Shown: piece after piece, positions 24,420-37,248 of the stretch
How positions within the stretch are numbered: position 1 is the first letter of the stretch
Layout: the number at the start of each line of letters is the position of its first letter
NCBI GenBank assembly: GCA_951406725.2
Contig: OX597821.1
Coordinates: 8,432,001-8,496,000 of the forward strand
Direction: 5' to 3'
Origin: Octopus vulgaris
Lineage: Eukaryota
Length of the DNA: 64,000 nucleotides
Translations under genes and position numbers: made by a program
The notes under the pieces: model-generated
The model's database searches: none
What the model saw: only the letters and a program-made list of their open reading frames with translations
Told to the model about the DNA's origin: nothing

Positions 24420-24810
24420 AGATTATGATTAATCCAAGTAGCTCTCATCAACTTCTACCATAGCCACAGGCTCTGGAACCTGGCGCATGCGTTCCTCCCT
24501 GTGTCCATTGAGAAATCAATGAACATATCCTTGATCTTAAACCACCAGCTCGGCCTTAGTGTTGCAGTCAGAACAGTTGATGCATCTCTCAACCGCGCCC
24601 AAAATATAGTAATTTATTGAATTACAAACGGGAGAATTAGAAGACTAGAAATTGGGGTTGGTGAAATTGTAGAAATTCTCTGACAACTACTTCTGACACT
24701 TTCCGGCGCTATGGAAAGGAGTAGAAACCTGCTGCTATACACAGCCCCTTACATCCAGAAATTGAACAGTCTCCAGCAGCTTCACATAGGCGTCTGAATT
24801 TAACTTAAGA
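24420..24810 (-). mobile_element. Tc1/mariner-superfamily transposase C-terminal remnant
   Basis: Decayed QQVST...H and SNSPVCNSINYYILG (PPxSPDLNPxDY-like) motifs. Confidence 0.55.
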
Positions 24811-25321
24811 CCTAAGGAAATCTATGAAATTCGTGGTGGAAGACCGAAGACCCAGAAGTGTAACAGTAAGTCTCAGAAGAAACCGACCAGCAAAGAGTTG
24901 AGGACTTCTCTTTCAGTAGTAACACTACACAACGTTGGAACGAAAGGGGAAAATAGGTAAGGAACACAAATGTTATTTGTGTGTGAGTGCGCTCGCTTTG
25001 GAAACTAGTCAATAACTTCAATTCTGTATAAGATACAAAAACCGGGAAAGCGAAACAAAACCAGAGATATGTTGAAATAACAGACAGATATATAAACAGC
25101 CAGGTAACAAATAATGGAAGACATTTATAAAAATATAAAATTAAAGAAATACATATACGTACATACCAGAATCTACATTCATGTAACATCGGAAGCATGT
25201 GGATTTTTAGTTATATCAGAGTTATGTTGGAATAACAGACAGACAGATATATAGACAGACAGGCGTTAAATAATGAAAGACAACTATTTAAGCATAGAAT
25301 TAAAGAAATATATGTACGTAC

Positions 25322-25961
25322 ATATCAGAATCTGCAGTCGTATAACATCGGTAGCATGTGGCTTTATTTTTATTGTTTGGTTAAATATTCTTTGTGGTCT
25401 CGTCCTATACACAATTTTAACACCGCGTACGTCTTCAAGCAATTTTCTCCACCAAAACCCTATCGGGCTTTGATCACCAATCACATAGATATTAGCATCA
25501 GGTATTACTCGTCGGATGCTGAACGCACTCATGTAATTCAAAAACGTGAAATTGTATGCTCCATAAATTATATAGAATACGTTTTTGGGTACCGTTTTCC
25601 ATTTTTTTCCAGGCGGGGGTTGCAAACAATCGCTGCTGTTTGCTTTCAAACCGCGTTTTGTGGCCGTCTGCGATAGATACATCCAACAAAGTAAATCCAT
25701 GCGTTCCAAAGGTCCATCAAATCCTAACAAGGAAAAGGTGCTATCACTTTCCAGTATCATGTGTAGCAACTTCTGAGCAGCAGTTTTTACTTTCCATGTA
25801 TCCTCGTTGGTGATTTTCAATGGGCCATAGACTCGTTGCTTTATTTTCATGTTTTCAGGTAATCTGCATAGCTTGTACAATCGTATGTGACTTAAAATAT
25901 AAAGTTCTATGGAAGCAATAATTATACACGGAACAAAGAGGTCTTTTGGTGTCATTCTCAT
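25322..25961 (-). CDS. GT32 glycosyltransferase, exon 1 (type II membrane anchor and N-terminal catalytic part)
   Basis: MRMTPKDLFVPCIIIASIELYIL anchor; VPKNVFYI, FTFLNYMSAFSI and HATDVIRLQILI motifs; phase-1 donor T|GTACGT at 25321; spliced product about 372 aa. Confidence 0.88.
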
Positions 25962-26050
25962 TGTGAAGTCCGGTTTGTTTCAGTGAGAATGGAGTTTCTT
26001 GGCTGATGGAAGAATGTGTGTGTGTGTGCGTATGTGTATGCTTGTATGCG

Positions 26051-26119
<69 letters not shown>

Positions 26120-26675
26120 GATTTGGTTGTAAATAACTTAAGTTTCGACTTAAGAAAGCGAGAGAGAGGTGTACATAGGAGATTGAAGACAGGTAGAAAA
26201 ATTAAGAATGAGAAAGAGATAGTAAGTTGGTGTAGAGAGAGGGTGGTAATTAGGAAAATGATGATGTGTAGAAACAGAGGTTTTGACCTGTTCGAAAGTT
26301 CTGTGAAAACTGATAGGAATAAAATGAAAATGTAGGAAGGTAATAAATCGAACCGAGAAAATATGAAGAAAGAAGAAAGAAAGAAGAACAAGAAAAAGAA
26401 AGGTAAGCGAGAAAAATACAATAGAAAGAAAGAAGGAAAGGAAGTGAGAAAGAAAATGTCTGATAGAAGAAAACAAAGAAAATAAACATAGCAGAAAGAA
26501 GTAAAGAGAAAAGAGGAAAAATAAACAAACGAACAAAAAGAAGGCTCAGGTATTGATAAAAGAAAGAAAGAGAGAGAGGGAGAAAGAGAGAGAGAGGGAA
26601 TTGATTTGGTTGTAAATAACTTAGGTTTCGACTGCGAGATTTGATAGTCACTCACTCTTATATTTAAACTCCACA

Positions 26676-26839
26676 TAGGCACAGGAGTGGCTGTGTGGTA
26701 AGTAGCTTGCTAACCAACCACATGGTTCTGGGTTCAGTCCCACCGCGTGGCATCTTGGGCAAGTGTCTTCTGCTATAGCCTCGGGCCGACCAAAGCCTTG
26801 TGAGTGGATTTGGTAGACGGAAACTGAAAGAAGCCCGTC

Positions 26840-26889
<50 letters not shown>

Positions 26890-27104
26890 ATGTGTTTGTG
26901 TGTCTGTGTTTGTCCCCCTAGCATTGCTTGACAACCGATGCTGGTGTGTTTACGTCCCCGTCACTTTGCGGTTCGGCAAAAGAGACCGATAGAATAAGTA
27001 CTGGGCTTACAAAGAATAAGTCCCGGGGGTCGATTTGCTCGACTAAAGGCGGTGCTCCAGCATGGCCGCATTCAAATGACTGAAACAAGTAAAAAAAAAA
27101 AGAG
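26676..27104 (+). mobile_element. SINE family A, full length, with internal (TA)n(TG)n
   Basis: tRNA-like head, internal microsatellite and A-rich tail; near-identical to 13669-14087. Confidence 0.9.
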
Positions 27105-27342
27105 TATATCTTTTCTATATTTTTCTATATCTTCTCAGTAAATATTTTAAAAAGTAAATATTTAAAATTCTAGTCGGAAATGTTACAGAAATGTTCTGTC
27201 TTCAGAACTCATTGATTGTATTTCTTCCTTAGAAGTGACATCCTTATTCAGTAGTTGAATAAAAGAGAAGCTCCTCATGATAATCTTGATTTGCAATCGC
27301 GTTTTTCATTTATATATTGTTGAAATTTTCCACACATGTCTG

Positions 27343-27454
<112 letters not shown>

Positions 27455-27499
27455 GCATATATGTAACATGGGTAGTTTCACTTTCCTGGAGGCCTTCTA

Positions 27500-28080
27500 A
27501 CAAATTCTCGCTTATTAGGAGAGACGACCCACGTTACACGTGGGGATACATAAAAAGTGATGGTTCAAGAAAGTTGGTTAAAACTGACGGTAACTTGAAT
27601 AGTGCCAAAGACATCCAGTTGCTGATGGACAATTTGATAGCAGACTTGGATGAAAGTGAGATTTTTCAGCCTGATGGAACTCTATGCCACCGATCACGTG
27701 CAACACAACAGAGTTTGGCTGATAAAGGTGTTACTGTATTGAAAGATTGGCCAGCTCAGAGCCCTGACTTAAATATTATCGAGCAAATGTGGATAGAACT
27801 AAAGAGAAGAGTCCGTCAGAAGGATCCACGCAAACTTGAAGAATTGTAGGAGCTCAGCCACAGAGAATGACATATCGTACCTGTGAAGATGATGAAGGAT
27901 TTGTACGCATTTCTTCCTAGGCTCATTGAAGCAATTATTCAAGCTAAAGGAAGCCACACGAAATATTAACAATGTACAGTAACTTCTTGAAATAAACAAA
28001 TTTTTATTATAGACATTATTCTGATTTAAAACACTGTATCTTGATTGGTTTATGTGAGGTGACCGAAAACTTTTGCATGG
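27500..28080 (+). mobile_element. Tc1-like transposase C-terminal remnant
   Basis: IFQPDGTLCHRS...DWPAQSPDLNIIEQMWIELKRRV, then AIIQAKGSHTKY. Confidence 0.85.
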
Positions 28081-28552
28081 CCATTTTGGTGGTCGTCTCG
28101 CATATTGCTTGTTTATCCATTTATTGTTTGTCCATATTCGTTCTGTTACACTTTGGTCCCATTTCCCGATAGCCTTCTTGCCGGTCGCCACCAAAGGGGA
28201 TCAATATTATCGTTAAACGCGCGAAATTGCATTTGACTCTCTGGCCGATAACTGATGAAGAGTTGGGGACCTTCTGCGTCTGTTTTCCGTTTGTCTGTGC
28301 ATTTACTATACGTTTTTTTTTTAGATAGAGATAGATGGAGAGATTTTTTTCTGAATATTTAGCGGAAGCAACAGTTGACAACTGAATGAATTTGATAAAA
28401 ACATCTAAATATGAAACATCATGACAATTATTCAAACCGAAGTCCTTCTTGAGTGATACATTTTTCCATTCGAATCAATACAGAATTACAGATAGTATTT
28501 AAGGAATTTTGATTTATTGTCGGGTGGTTTTTGGTCAACCATATACATTACA

Positions 28553-28760
28553 TATGTACATACGTACATACATACATACATACATACATACATACATACA
28601 TACATACATACATACATACATACATACATACATACATACATACATACATACATACATACATACATACATACATACATACATACATACATACATACATACA
28701 TTCAGACATACATACATACATACATACATTCAGACATACATACATACATACATACATATA
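28553..28760. repeat. (TACA)n microsatellite
   Basis: About 200 bp of nearly perfect CATA repeats. Confidence 0.95.
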
Positions 28761-29342
28761 TATGCACAAATAGATAGTTAGGGATAGATAGATTTTTTCT
28801 TAATATGTAGCAGATGCAAGAGTTATAAAAAGTTTGATAAGTGCCAAGGCACGAAACTCCCTGCTCTTTAGTCATTCTATTGCTTCTGCTAAATATTAAT
28901 AAAAAATATTTAAGACGATGCTTCAGCATGGCCGCGATCAAATGACTGAAGCAAATAAAAGAATAAAAGAATATACATAGACATATAAAAAGATAGATCG
29001 ATAGGTAGATAGATAGATGGATAGACAGATGAAAACTGAAAGGGAGAGACACAGAGGACAGACAGACAGACAAAGGAACAGACAGGCAGAGTGACTGAAA
29101 GAGAGATGTTGGTTAAGGGGGAAAAACGCAATTCTAAATGAAAATTTGGTCTTGCAAAACAGAGCATACAACATTTTCCTTTCTCGACACTTATTCTCCA
29201 AAATTATTTGCTCTTCAGTTGACACAACGCATTTGCAATCAATATATAGTCAAATAATAAACATTATACGTGTTCTATGCATAATATTTACATAACACTT
29301 ACATAAGTCAGGTTGCGAACGCGCGCGTACATATATATGTAT

Positions 29343-29519
29343 ACTAGAAGAGGCACCCGGCGTTGCCCGGGAATTAAATTTTTCCTTATATATTGGAAGA
29401 AAAAAGCAAAATATGTTGTATAGAAAATTGTTATTCTAAATTCAATTTATTCTTTTATTGGGATACAATTCATTCACCAATTGGGAAATCAATTCTGAAT
29501 TCATAATACAAAAGAAAAA

Positions 29520-29609
<90 letters not shown>

Positions 29610-31280
29610 GCGAAAATACAAAATTTGTCATTCCTATTAAGGAAGATAAGTTATATCAGATGTTAAAGGAAATTATTGTTTTCTGATTTGGAGAATAGAC
29701 AAATAAGGTCTTGAAAACTACCAACTCTGGAGCAACCAACGTAAAGCTGACCATGAGAAAAGCAAGGCTCAATTAAGTGCAAGATTTCAAAGTCGAACTG
29801 GGAATTGTGTTCGTTTGAACTCAAATGGCATGTCTATTGGTTTGGTTGGAATTCTTGGAATGGAACCTCTTCCCCAGGGGCACATCCACAGTAGCTTCTA
29901 TCACATTACGTGATAATGTCTTCATAATCAACCTTGTCCCATTGCATAATTTATGAGGATCTAAATTTCGTAGAAGCATTATTAAGACTCCTACCTTCAG
30001 AAAAAGTTTAAGTGGAGGAGTTCCAGGTGGCTCAAGAGGATTAAGGAACTCTGTTGTGCAATGGACAGCTTGATTTTCATCAAGGACTGAATCAATTGAT
30101 TTGTACTCCTTAATGACTGTTGGAATCTTATTCATTAATTCATGAGAGGTTTCGCAAATGAAAACGGAAAATTTCGCCTTAGCTACGTTAATACCGGAAG
30201 TTGCCATTGAAAAACTTTTTTTAAAGAAGTGAATCATATATATATAAAGCAATATTATTTATCTCTCTATATAAAAAATTCTTTGTCACTCTGTTGAATA
30301 CAGTAACCATTCTCTCTCGTATTTTTCACCATTAGCTTTTGTGCCAATAAAGAGCTTCTGTGAACAATACCTTACTGGTTTCCCGCCAGTAAAGTGACGG
30401 TAAGACTTATCAAATGGCCCATTGTGGTGTTGACAGTTACTGGGTCCTCAAGTGATCCAGTAAGCGACAGGATCAGCAGAAAAGTCAAACCACAACCCTG
30501 GAAATTAGTCATTTTTGCATTAGAATTAGAAGATGGCAATAAATTTAATTCATTTCTTCATTTCAATGGTAAATCCATCTATGCGGTAGTGTGGCTGCCA
30601 ACCCCGCGCCATTGAAGAGATGGTGCCCCTCTTTCCTTGCTGCCCTTAGTAGTGCTTATTTTGGCATGTTATGTAGGTTTTAGTTACATGTCTCTTTTGG
30701 TTCTTATGTAAGTGAGTTGTAGCTATCAGCTAATGTAGCATTTTGAATTCAGTGCTCTCTGCTCTTTTGAACAGTTTGACGAAGGATACCATATAGAACA
30801 AGCTTTCTCTACCAATAGCCAACTAACAGGTCTGCATTCGATAATTTGGTAAAAAGTTTCATCGGTGATATATGTTTCAGGAGAAACATTTTAACACTGT
30901 GCCCTATTCTCCGCCTCGCTCCTCATTTAACCACGTTGCTTCATTGTTGATCCTTACTCTAAAATAACACAAGCTCATTTTAAGGGAAGAGGAGCCGATT
31001 GTATTTAATGGTCCACAGCTACCGTAAACTTCGGATAATCGATCATGAAGTCGCAGCTGGTGGTTTATGCATTTATTCAGTTTACATTTAATGATATTAT
31101 CTAATTGTCCAGGTATATCTATTGATATTTTTTTTAAAGAGGGTTGACGCATTATGATTGCGTTTGCTCATTCTGCACAACATCTGTTATTCCCATCTGT
31201 TGACGAATGATAATAACTCTGCAATAGGGCACTCAAGGTTCCAGAGTTATGATATCAAGTTGGTAGGTTTTTGGTGGAAT
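29343..31280 (-). mobile_element. Helitron remnant with PIF1-helicase fragments
   Basis: ACTAG...CCCGGCGTTGCCCGGG terminus; TEFLNPLEPPGTPPLKLFLKVGVLIMLLRNLDPHKLCNGTRL and FSHGQLYVGCSRV motifs; the right boundary is approximate. Confidence 0.75.
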
Positions 31281-31423
31281 ACAGTCATAATTATTCTTTC
31301 ATTCAGTGGTTTGTTGATGTAAATTTTATGTATGTCTATATTTATGTACGTCTCTTCTATATTTAATCATTTAAATTCTTTCTTCTGAGGGAGCTTATTT
31401 CTAACAAAGCTTCATCTTTGAAA

Positions 31424-31706
31424 TGTATGTCCGGTCATAAAATGACCAATGGTTTCGCATCCGTAAAGGGCTTATGGTTCTTCAAACCTCGGAGGTAGAA
31501 ATCCGTTACGATTAGTTAGTTAATATGTTTCTTCTTTTTTTTCAGTAAGTTTCTTCCTTTTTTACTTACTAACTGACCATAACGGATTTCTACCTCCGAG
31601 TTTCGAAAAACTGTATGGCCTTCGGCTTTAGAGTCTAACGAGCTGTCCATAGGACTAAGTCCTTTATGAATGCGAAACCATTGATCATTCTGTAACCGGA
31701 CTATAC
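31424..31706. repeat. Fold-back inverted repeat with a decayed hammerhead-like motif
   Basis: 31424-31520 pairs with 31568-31706; the minus strand has TTGAAGA...GCGAAACCATTGGTC. Confidence 0.7.
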
Positions 31707-31962
31707 TTAAATGTACACACGCACGTAGAGATATATGCATAGAGAAATACAAAATAGCTGACGGTTAGTAAGGAGAGACACACAAATAAGAAAGAAGAAA
31801 GCAAAGGACCACTGATGCGGTCACAGGAGTGTGATGAAAGAACTCTGGCAAAAATAAGATTAAGATTAATGTAAAAAATAAATAACGCTTAAGCTAAGTA
31901 ACACCAAATATATAGTGCGTGTGTTTTTATTGGCTAAACTGGCAAAATGACCATTCCTAAAT

Positions 31963-31995
<33 letters not shown>

Positions 31996-32439
31996 CTTCC
32001 ATTTCTCACTCAATATGCCCGTTTGTAATAGGAGAAGGTTTTTATAACTGTCTCCATAGGGATTATCTGAATCAACTGATAAGATAACTCACTCCAAATC
32101 CCATCCAGGAGTGATGGACATCAATGTTTTGTCCGTTTATGTGGTTTATCAACATCACATACACAAACTGGATCGGAGATGAATCATATCGCCAGACCAC
32201 GACTTATATGCATATAGTGTGAAAATTATGTACTAGTATGCCCGGACAATGCATAAGTAAGAATAAATTCCAATGTGACTTAGAAGGAGCGCTAGTGTGA
32301 TAAATATTATCGGCCACATATACTTAACGTACATGCATTGTTTATTTGCTGGTAAGCTGCGATTTGGCCTTTATCTGACATGTGCTGCGGCTACGACATC
32401 ACAAACGCCTTCTTGACGGTAAGGAGATATGGTCGCCGT

Positions 32440-34215
32440 TTGTCAGACAAGATTTTCCACGGCTCATTTATTTGATTGAGTTGCAGTCCAGAATTAAGCG
32501 TAGACTAAAGCAGGGCACCTGTACCTAGAGTGTCGCCAGACACTCTGTCAGTCAAGCAATGTGGTTGGTGGAAGTTCAACTCTGTTGTTCTATAGAGGGT
32601 TAGTGGCGAGAAAGTGCGACAACGTTCTCGGGGTAACTCAGGGTGTCGACGAGAATCAACTTGTTGGTCTGTTTCGGAAGAGCTTCGGGCCGGGGCCTAA
32701 GGACAATTTCTAGAAACTTTTGGTTTGGCAGTAGTACCGGAGGTGGGGTGGGAGGCATTGCCGATCCGAGATAAACACTACAGGCATGGAAGTGCAGTCA
32801 AGACTCAACTAAAATGCAACCAAGACTTAACTAAATGAAAGCTGGTCCCTACATATGTGTTACACAATCTCACGAGCGTATGGACATGCCCTAACGCCAT
32901 GTACACTAAGGATTAAAAACTAGAACCTATGACCAGTTTCTCGATAAAACTAGTGAAACCCAATAAAAAAGCGTTATAAGTCCCACTATATGATGCAGAG
33001 CTGCATGACTTTTCAGTAGGCCTTCGGTTGATTGCTCAGGAAGAATCACAGCTTTTCTTACAGCAGTCGGTTTGGGCCCACCTTTCGTGGCTGGATTTCC
33101 ACAATTCACAGCAAATTTTCTCGGTGGTTAAAATGAATACCCAACCATTCAGTATCATACGCTCTGTCTGTTAAAGTCATCTCCTCCCAACTCTTCTGTA
33201 TGTACTGACACTTATGTCCTGTTGCAAAAACAAGAGAAGTTGAGGGGCATCCCGTGTGTACTAGGATGTGGAAGAACCGTGTTGATATACACGGACGACG
33301 TCAATGTTAGACTCACTTTTTCGTAACTCGTCTCTTTGAGCTGTAGTCCTAAATCAAGTGTAGACCGACACAGGGTGCCTGGTATCTAGTGTCGTTAGAT
33401 GCTCGCTGCCCTCTGCCAGTCGGGAATGCAGTCGGTGGAAGTTCCATTTTAGTTTTCTGTCGAGGGTTAGTGGCAGACGAGGTCGACGACATTTTAGAAG
33501 AGACACTGAGCACTGACAAGAATCAACTGGCTGGTCTGTTCTGGAATGCTTTCGTGATGCGGTTCATGGATTACTTCCAGAAATCTCTGGCTTGTCAGTG
33601 CAATCAGGACGGGATGGGATGGGACTTTGCACTTTCATGCCTGTAGAGATAAATTCTACACGCATCGAAATACCGTTAATCGGGTCGGCTCGATATGTGC
33701 ACAGAGCGATGAAACTGTTCTGTACTCACTCGCCCAATGACCTAGCATTTCTGACATGTGGAATTATGTTGAACACCTGCTGTTACGTCGCCTTCTTTTG
33801 TCCAGGAAGGACAAGCAGTGTTTATCTGTTTGGTGGTTTTAGAGAAAGTGGTTTTGTGGTGGGTGAAATTGAAAGGTCTGAAGCCAATTTGGACAAGCCT
33901 TCAGTTTTTTTAAGTTGTACTTGAAAAGGAAAATGAGGTTGGAGAAGGAAATGCTCTTTTCAGCAAATTTGTTGAATGGTAGATAAAAGCGGCAAGGGTA
34001 GTCAGAATTAACTGTCCTGCTCTGTGTATGCGTATGTATATTGAGGGAGAAAGATGAGAAGAGGGGACAATTCCCCAGTGGTCAGGGTGACCATGATTTT
34101 GTGCGATCCCCACGAGCAGTCCTCGGAAATCTTGTTTGAAATATTTGTTTCTGCTACACGCTTTTATTTACCCCCTCATTATATTGTCCCGTACCGTCTT
34201 CGATGCTTTTGTAAA
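32440..34215 (+). mobile_element. Two decayed Tx1-type LINE 3' fragments (about 32440-32800 and 33250-34215)
   Basis: Similar to the 3' parts of the Tx1 copies at 9064-9700 and 22500-22890 (FYRGLV, VDENQLAGLF, MDNFQKSL motifs). Confidence 0.7.
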
Positions 34216-34605
34216 CTCGTAGTGGTTAATGTAGAAAACATTATCATCATCATCATCAACGTTATCGCGTTATTTCTCTCTTATTTTTTACTTTCTTCGT
34301 CCCGCGGTTTGATCAGTTGATGTGGTGTTGGTTTAATTGGAAATGAAGACAACTTAAAGATGAAGTGTACGTCACAAGCTAGCCAGGAACAAGTGCTTTT
34401 CTCGTATTTAATCATTTCTCTTCGATTTCATTTGATCTTCATATCAAATCATACCTTTCTTTCTGGACCAGTACTTAATCTCTCCATACTTCGGACTTCA
34501 TTCAAATACATATAACTGCTTCGTCAAGTCTTCCACCCAGACTCTCTTCTTCCTTCCCTCTCTCCCTCTACACACATATGATAAACCATTCATCTGACCA
34601 ACTCC

Positions 34606-34686
34606 TCTTCCCCTTCTTCCCCTTCTTCCCTCTTCTTCTTCTTCTTCTTCTTCTTCTTCTTCTTCTTCTTCTTCTTCTTCTTCTTG
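34606..34686. repeat. (TTC)n microsatellite
   Basis: Direct read. Confidence 0.9.
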
Positions 34687-35128
34687 TCCAGTTCCCATGA
34701 CCGCTGACGTCTTTCTGAAAAATCTTTGACGAAGCTAATTTCTCAAAGATATTCTTAATTGATAATTCCTCGTTTCAGGTTTCTTTAACTCTAATATCAA
34801 CGTTGTTGTTTGTTGTTGTTGTTATTGCTACTGCTGTTGTTGTCGTTGTCATGGCCATCACCGCCGTCGCCGACGTCGCCATCGCCGACGTCGCCATCGC
34901 CGCCACCGCCGCCGCCGTCATCGTCGTTGTTTTTGCTGTTGTTGTTGCTGCTGTTTAGCCACCATCAAATGAACCCTCATCGAATAGACCTACGATCAAA
35001 GCCATTTCCGCTTTGACCATTCTATCTTTCTTTTGAATATCTATGAGAACGTTAAATGTCTCCTCTTGTCTTCTAAGTGGGTAAGCTGTGAGCTGAAAAA
35101 CATTTTGTACGCGATCGAACGACCAGGT

Positions 35129-35464
35129 ATAGGCTCGCTTGTATAGGCTCGCTTGTATAGGCTCGCTTGTATAGGCTCGCTTGTATAGGCTCGCTTGTAT
35201 AGGATCGCTTGCTTAGGCTCGCTTGCATAGGCTCGCTTGCATAGGCTCGCTTGCATAGGCTCGCTTGCTTAGGCTCGCTTGCATAGGCTCGCTTGCATAG
35301 GATCGCTTGCTTAGGCTCGCTTGCATAGGCTCGCTTGCTTAGGCTCGCTTGTATAGGCTCGCTTGTATAGGCTCGCTTGCATTGGATCGCTTGCATAGGC
35401 TCGCTTGCATAGGCTCGCTTGCATAGGATCGCTTGCATAGGCTCGCTTGTATAGGCTCGCTTGT
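35129..35464. repeat. 14-bp minisatellite, about 24 copies
   Basis: Unit TAGG(C/A)TCGCTTG(C/T)(A/T), head to tail with no spacers. Confidence 0.95.
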
Positions 35465-35489
35465 TTATTCGATGTGGTTGTTGTCATTG

Positions 35490-35748
35490 ATGCTCATCAT
35501 GATGACGATGGTGATAATGGTGATGGCCATGATGGTGACGAACGCGATGATGATGGTCGTTACCATGATCATGAAGATCATGATGAAGTAGACAACGACG
35601 GCGATGATGACGATACAATGACGATGATGATGGTGATGATGGTGATGGGGATGACGATGATGATGATAATGATGGTGATGATGATGATAGTGATGATGGT
35701 GATGATGATGATATTGATGGTGCTGATGACGACGACGACGATGATGAA
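35490..35748. repeat. Degenerate (GAT)n low-complexity tract
   Basis: Direct read. Confidence 0.85.
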
Positions 35749-36544
35749 TTTACTACTAGTACTGGCCAATTCCGGTTCTGTATAGATCATGTAGAGGCTA
35801 TCCGTACGAAAAACAGGATGTCTTTACACGAGCTGCTAGAGATGGCAGCAAATCTCCCTCAAATTACGCGCTGTTCTCATTCATAAAAAAGAACACAATA
35901 ATCTATACTGAATAAGATTCGTTTGGAAAATAGTGGTAGGGTCATGGCTGGAATACCTTTGATGATAGGTCTGCTTGATCAAGGCTGACCAAAGGCTAAA
36001 TAACAATAATAATATCAACCACCACAGGGGGTCGTCCAATGAAAGAGCCTCTACTTGGTCGAATCTGTCTCGAATCTATTCCTTTATATATAATATCTGA
36101 AAAAGAAAAAAGAAAAAAGAAAAACAAAAGAAAAAGAAAACGGATGCTCATGGCTGGAATGCCTTTTTCATGGGCATTGATATATTATGTCAAAGCTTCC
36201 CTGAATGTAGAGAACAATGTCAATGAGCCAGTCAAGAGGCTCAAAATGCAAAGAACAGCAGTCAAGTTATGTCTTAGAACCTTCGAAAGTAGAAGGATAC
36301 TGGATAATGTAATTGTAGAAATATTCTCTTAAAAGTAAATAATTCACTGAGGGAAAATTACTCACTGTAAACAACAGGAGCATATCTCGATTAATGGAAA
36401 GTGGGACACTGAATTGGATCCTAGAATTGTAGGTGCTGGTACAATAATGCGCCAGCTCCAACATTTGATCTTCAGAAGTGGAGAGGTTCGTAAAAAAAGG
36501 TAAACTTGCTATCTTCAATTTGGTTTCTATGGTCATAAATGTTA

Positions 36545-36900
36545 GGTAATGACCGAAAGATTACGATCGCGTAAAGTGGGCGATATGGGGTCCCTGCGAA
36601 AGATCTCTGAAGTAACGTTGCTCGACAGGGTGCTGAGCTCGGAGATCAGGGAATCTCTCCAGATCGAGCCGCTGCTCCATCGCATTGAGAGATCACAGTC
36701 GCGGACATGTGATTAGAAATGTCATAGAAAATGAGCGCAACACAGAATCTTCAAACCGAACCAACCGGCTGGAAACCTAGGTGTAGGCCAAGAACGAGAT
36801 TCACAATTCATTCATAATCTAAGCTATTTACGCTTGGGAATCTAGTAGGAAAATGTAATGGCGCTTGCTTCTGGAAGACTCTATCCTCACGACCCTCTCA
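36545..36900 (+). mobile_element. RTE-type LINE 3' fragment
   Basis: LRKISEVTLLDRVLSSEIRESLQIEPLLHRIERSQ followed by a decayed GHV...GRP-like C-terminus. Confidence 0.7.
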
Positions 36901-36915
36901 GAAATAGTGTGGGAA

Positions 36916-37248
36916 TTACTTGTCCAATGACGAGAGACAATGGCGAAAGCTCACAGACATAGATACATAAATACATACCTTCGCACACACAATGAGCTCC
37001 AACATAGTTTCCACCAAACAAAATCCACTCATATGCCATTGGTTGGCTCGGAGCAGTTGCAGAAGGGACTTGTTCAAGTTGCTTTTCAGTGGGACTGAAC
37101 TCAAAACCAATTAATGGTTTAGTTAGTGGATAGAAGCAGTGTCAATGACTTACACAGTTGTGAGTGATTAGATTGATAAGGTTGATGGTGAACCATGTTA
37201 CAACATCAGTCTTGAATCATAAAATGTAATTCGATGGCTTCATAAAAC
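36916..37248. repeat. About 330-bp direct repeat, copy 1
   Basis: Near-identical to 39579-39910. Confidence 0.9.

Noticed and set aside
25855-26682. 275-aa hydrophobic ORF resembling a multi-pass membrane protein
   Set aside because: It is the translation of an AG-rich low-complexity tract plus (GA)n and (TG)n; it has no domain signal.
32870-33240. Possible Gypsy RT fragment on the minus strand
   Set aside because: Motifs are too decayed to support by eye.
35129-35464. CRISPR-like array or repeat-protein ORFs (KRAYASEP...)
   Set aside because: Units are contiguous with no unique spacers, there are no cas genes, and the context is eukaryotic; the ORFs are by-products of the 14-bp period.
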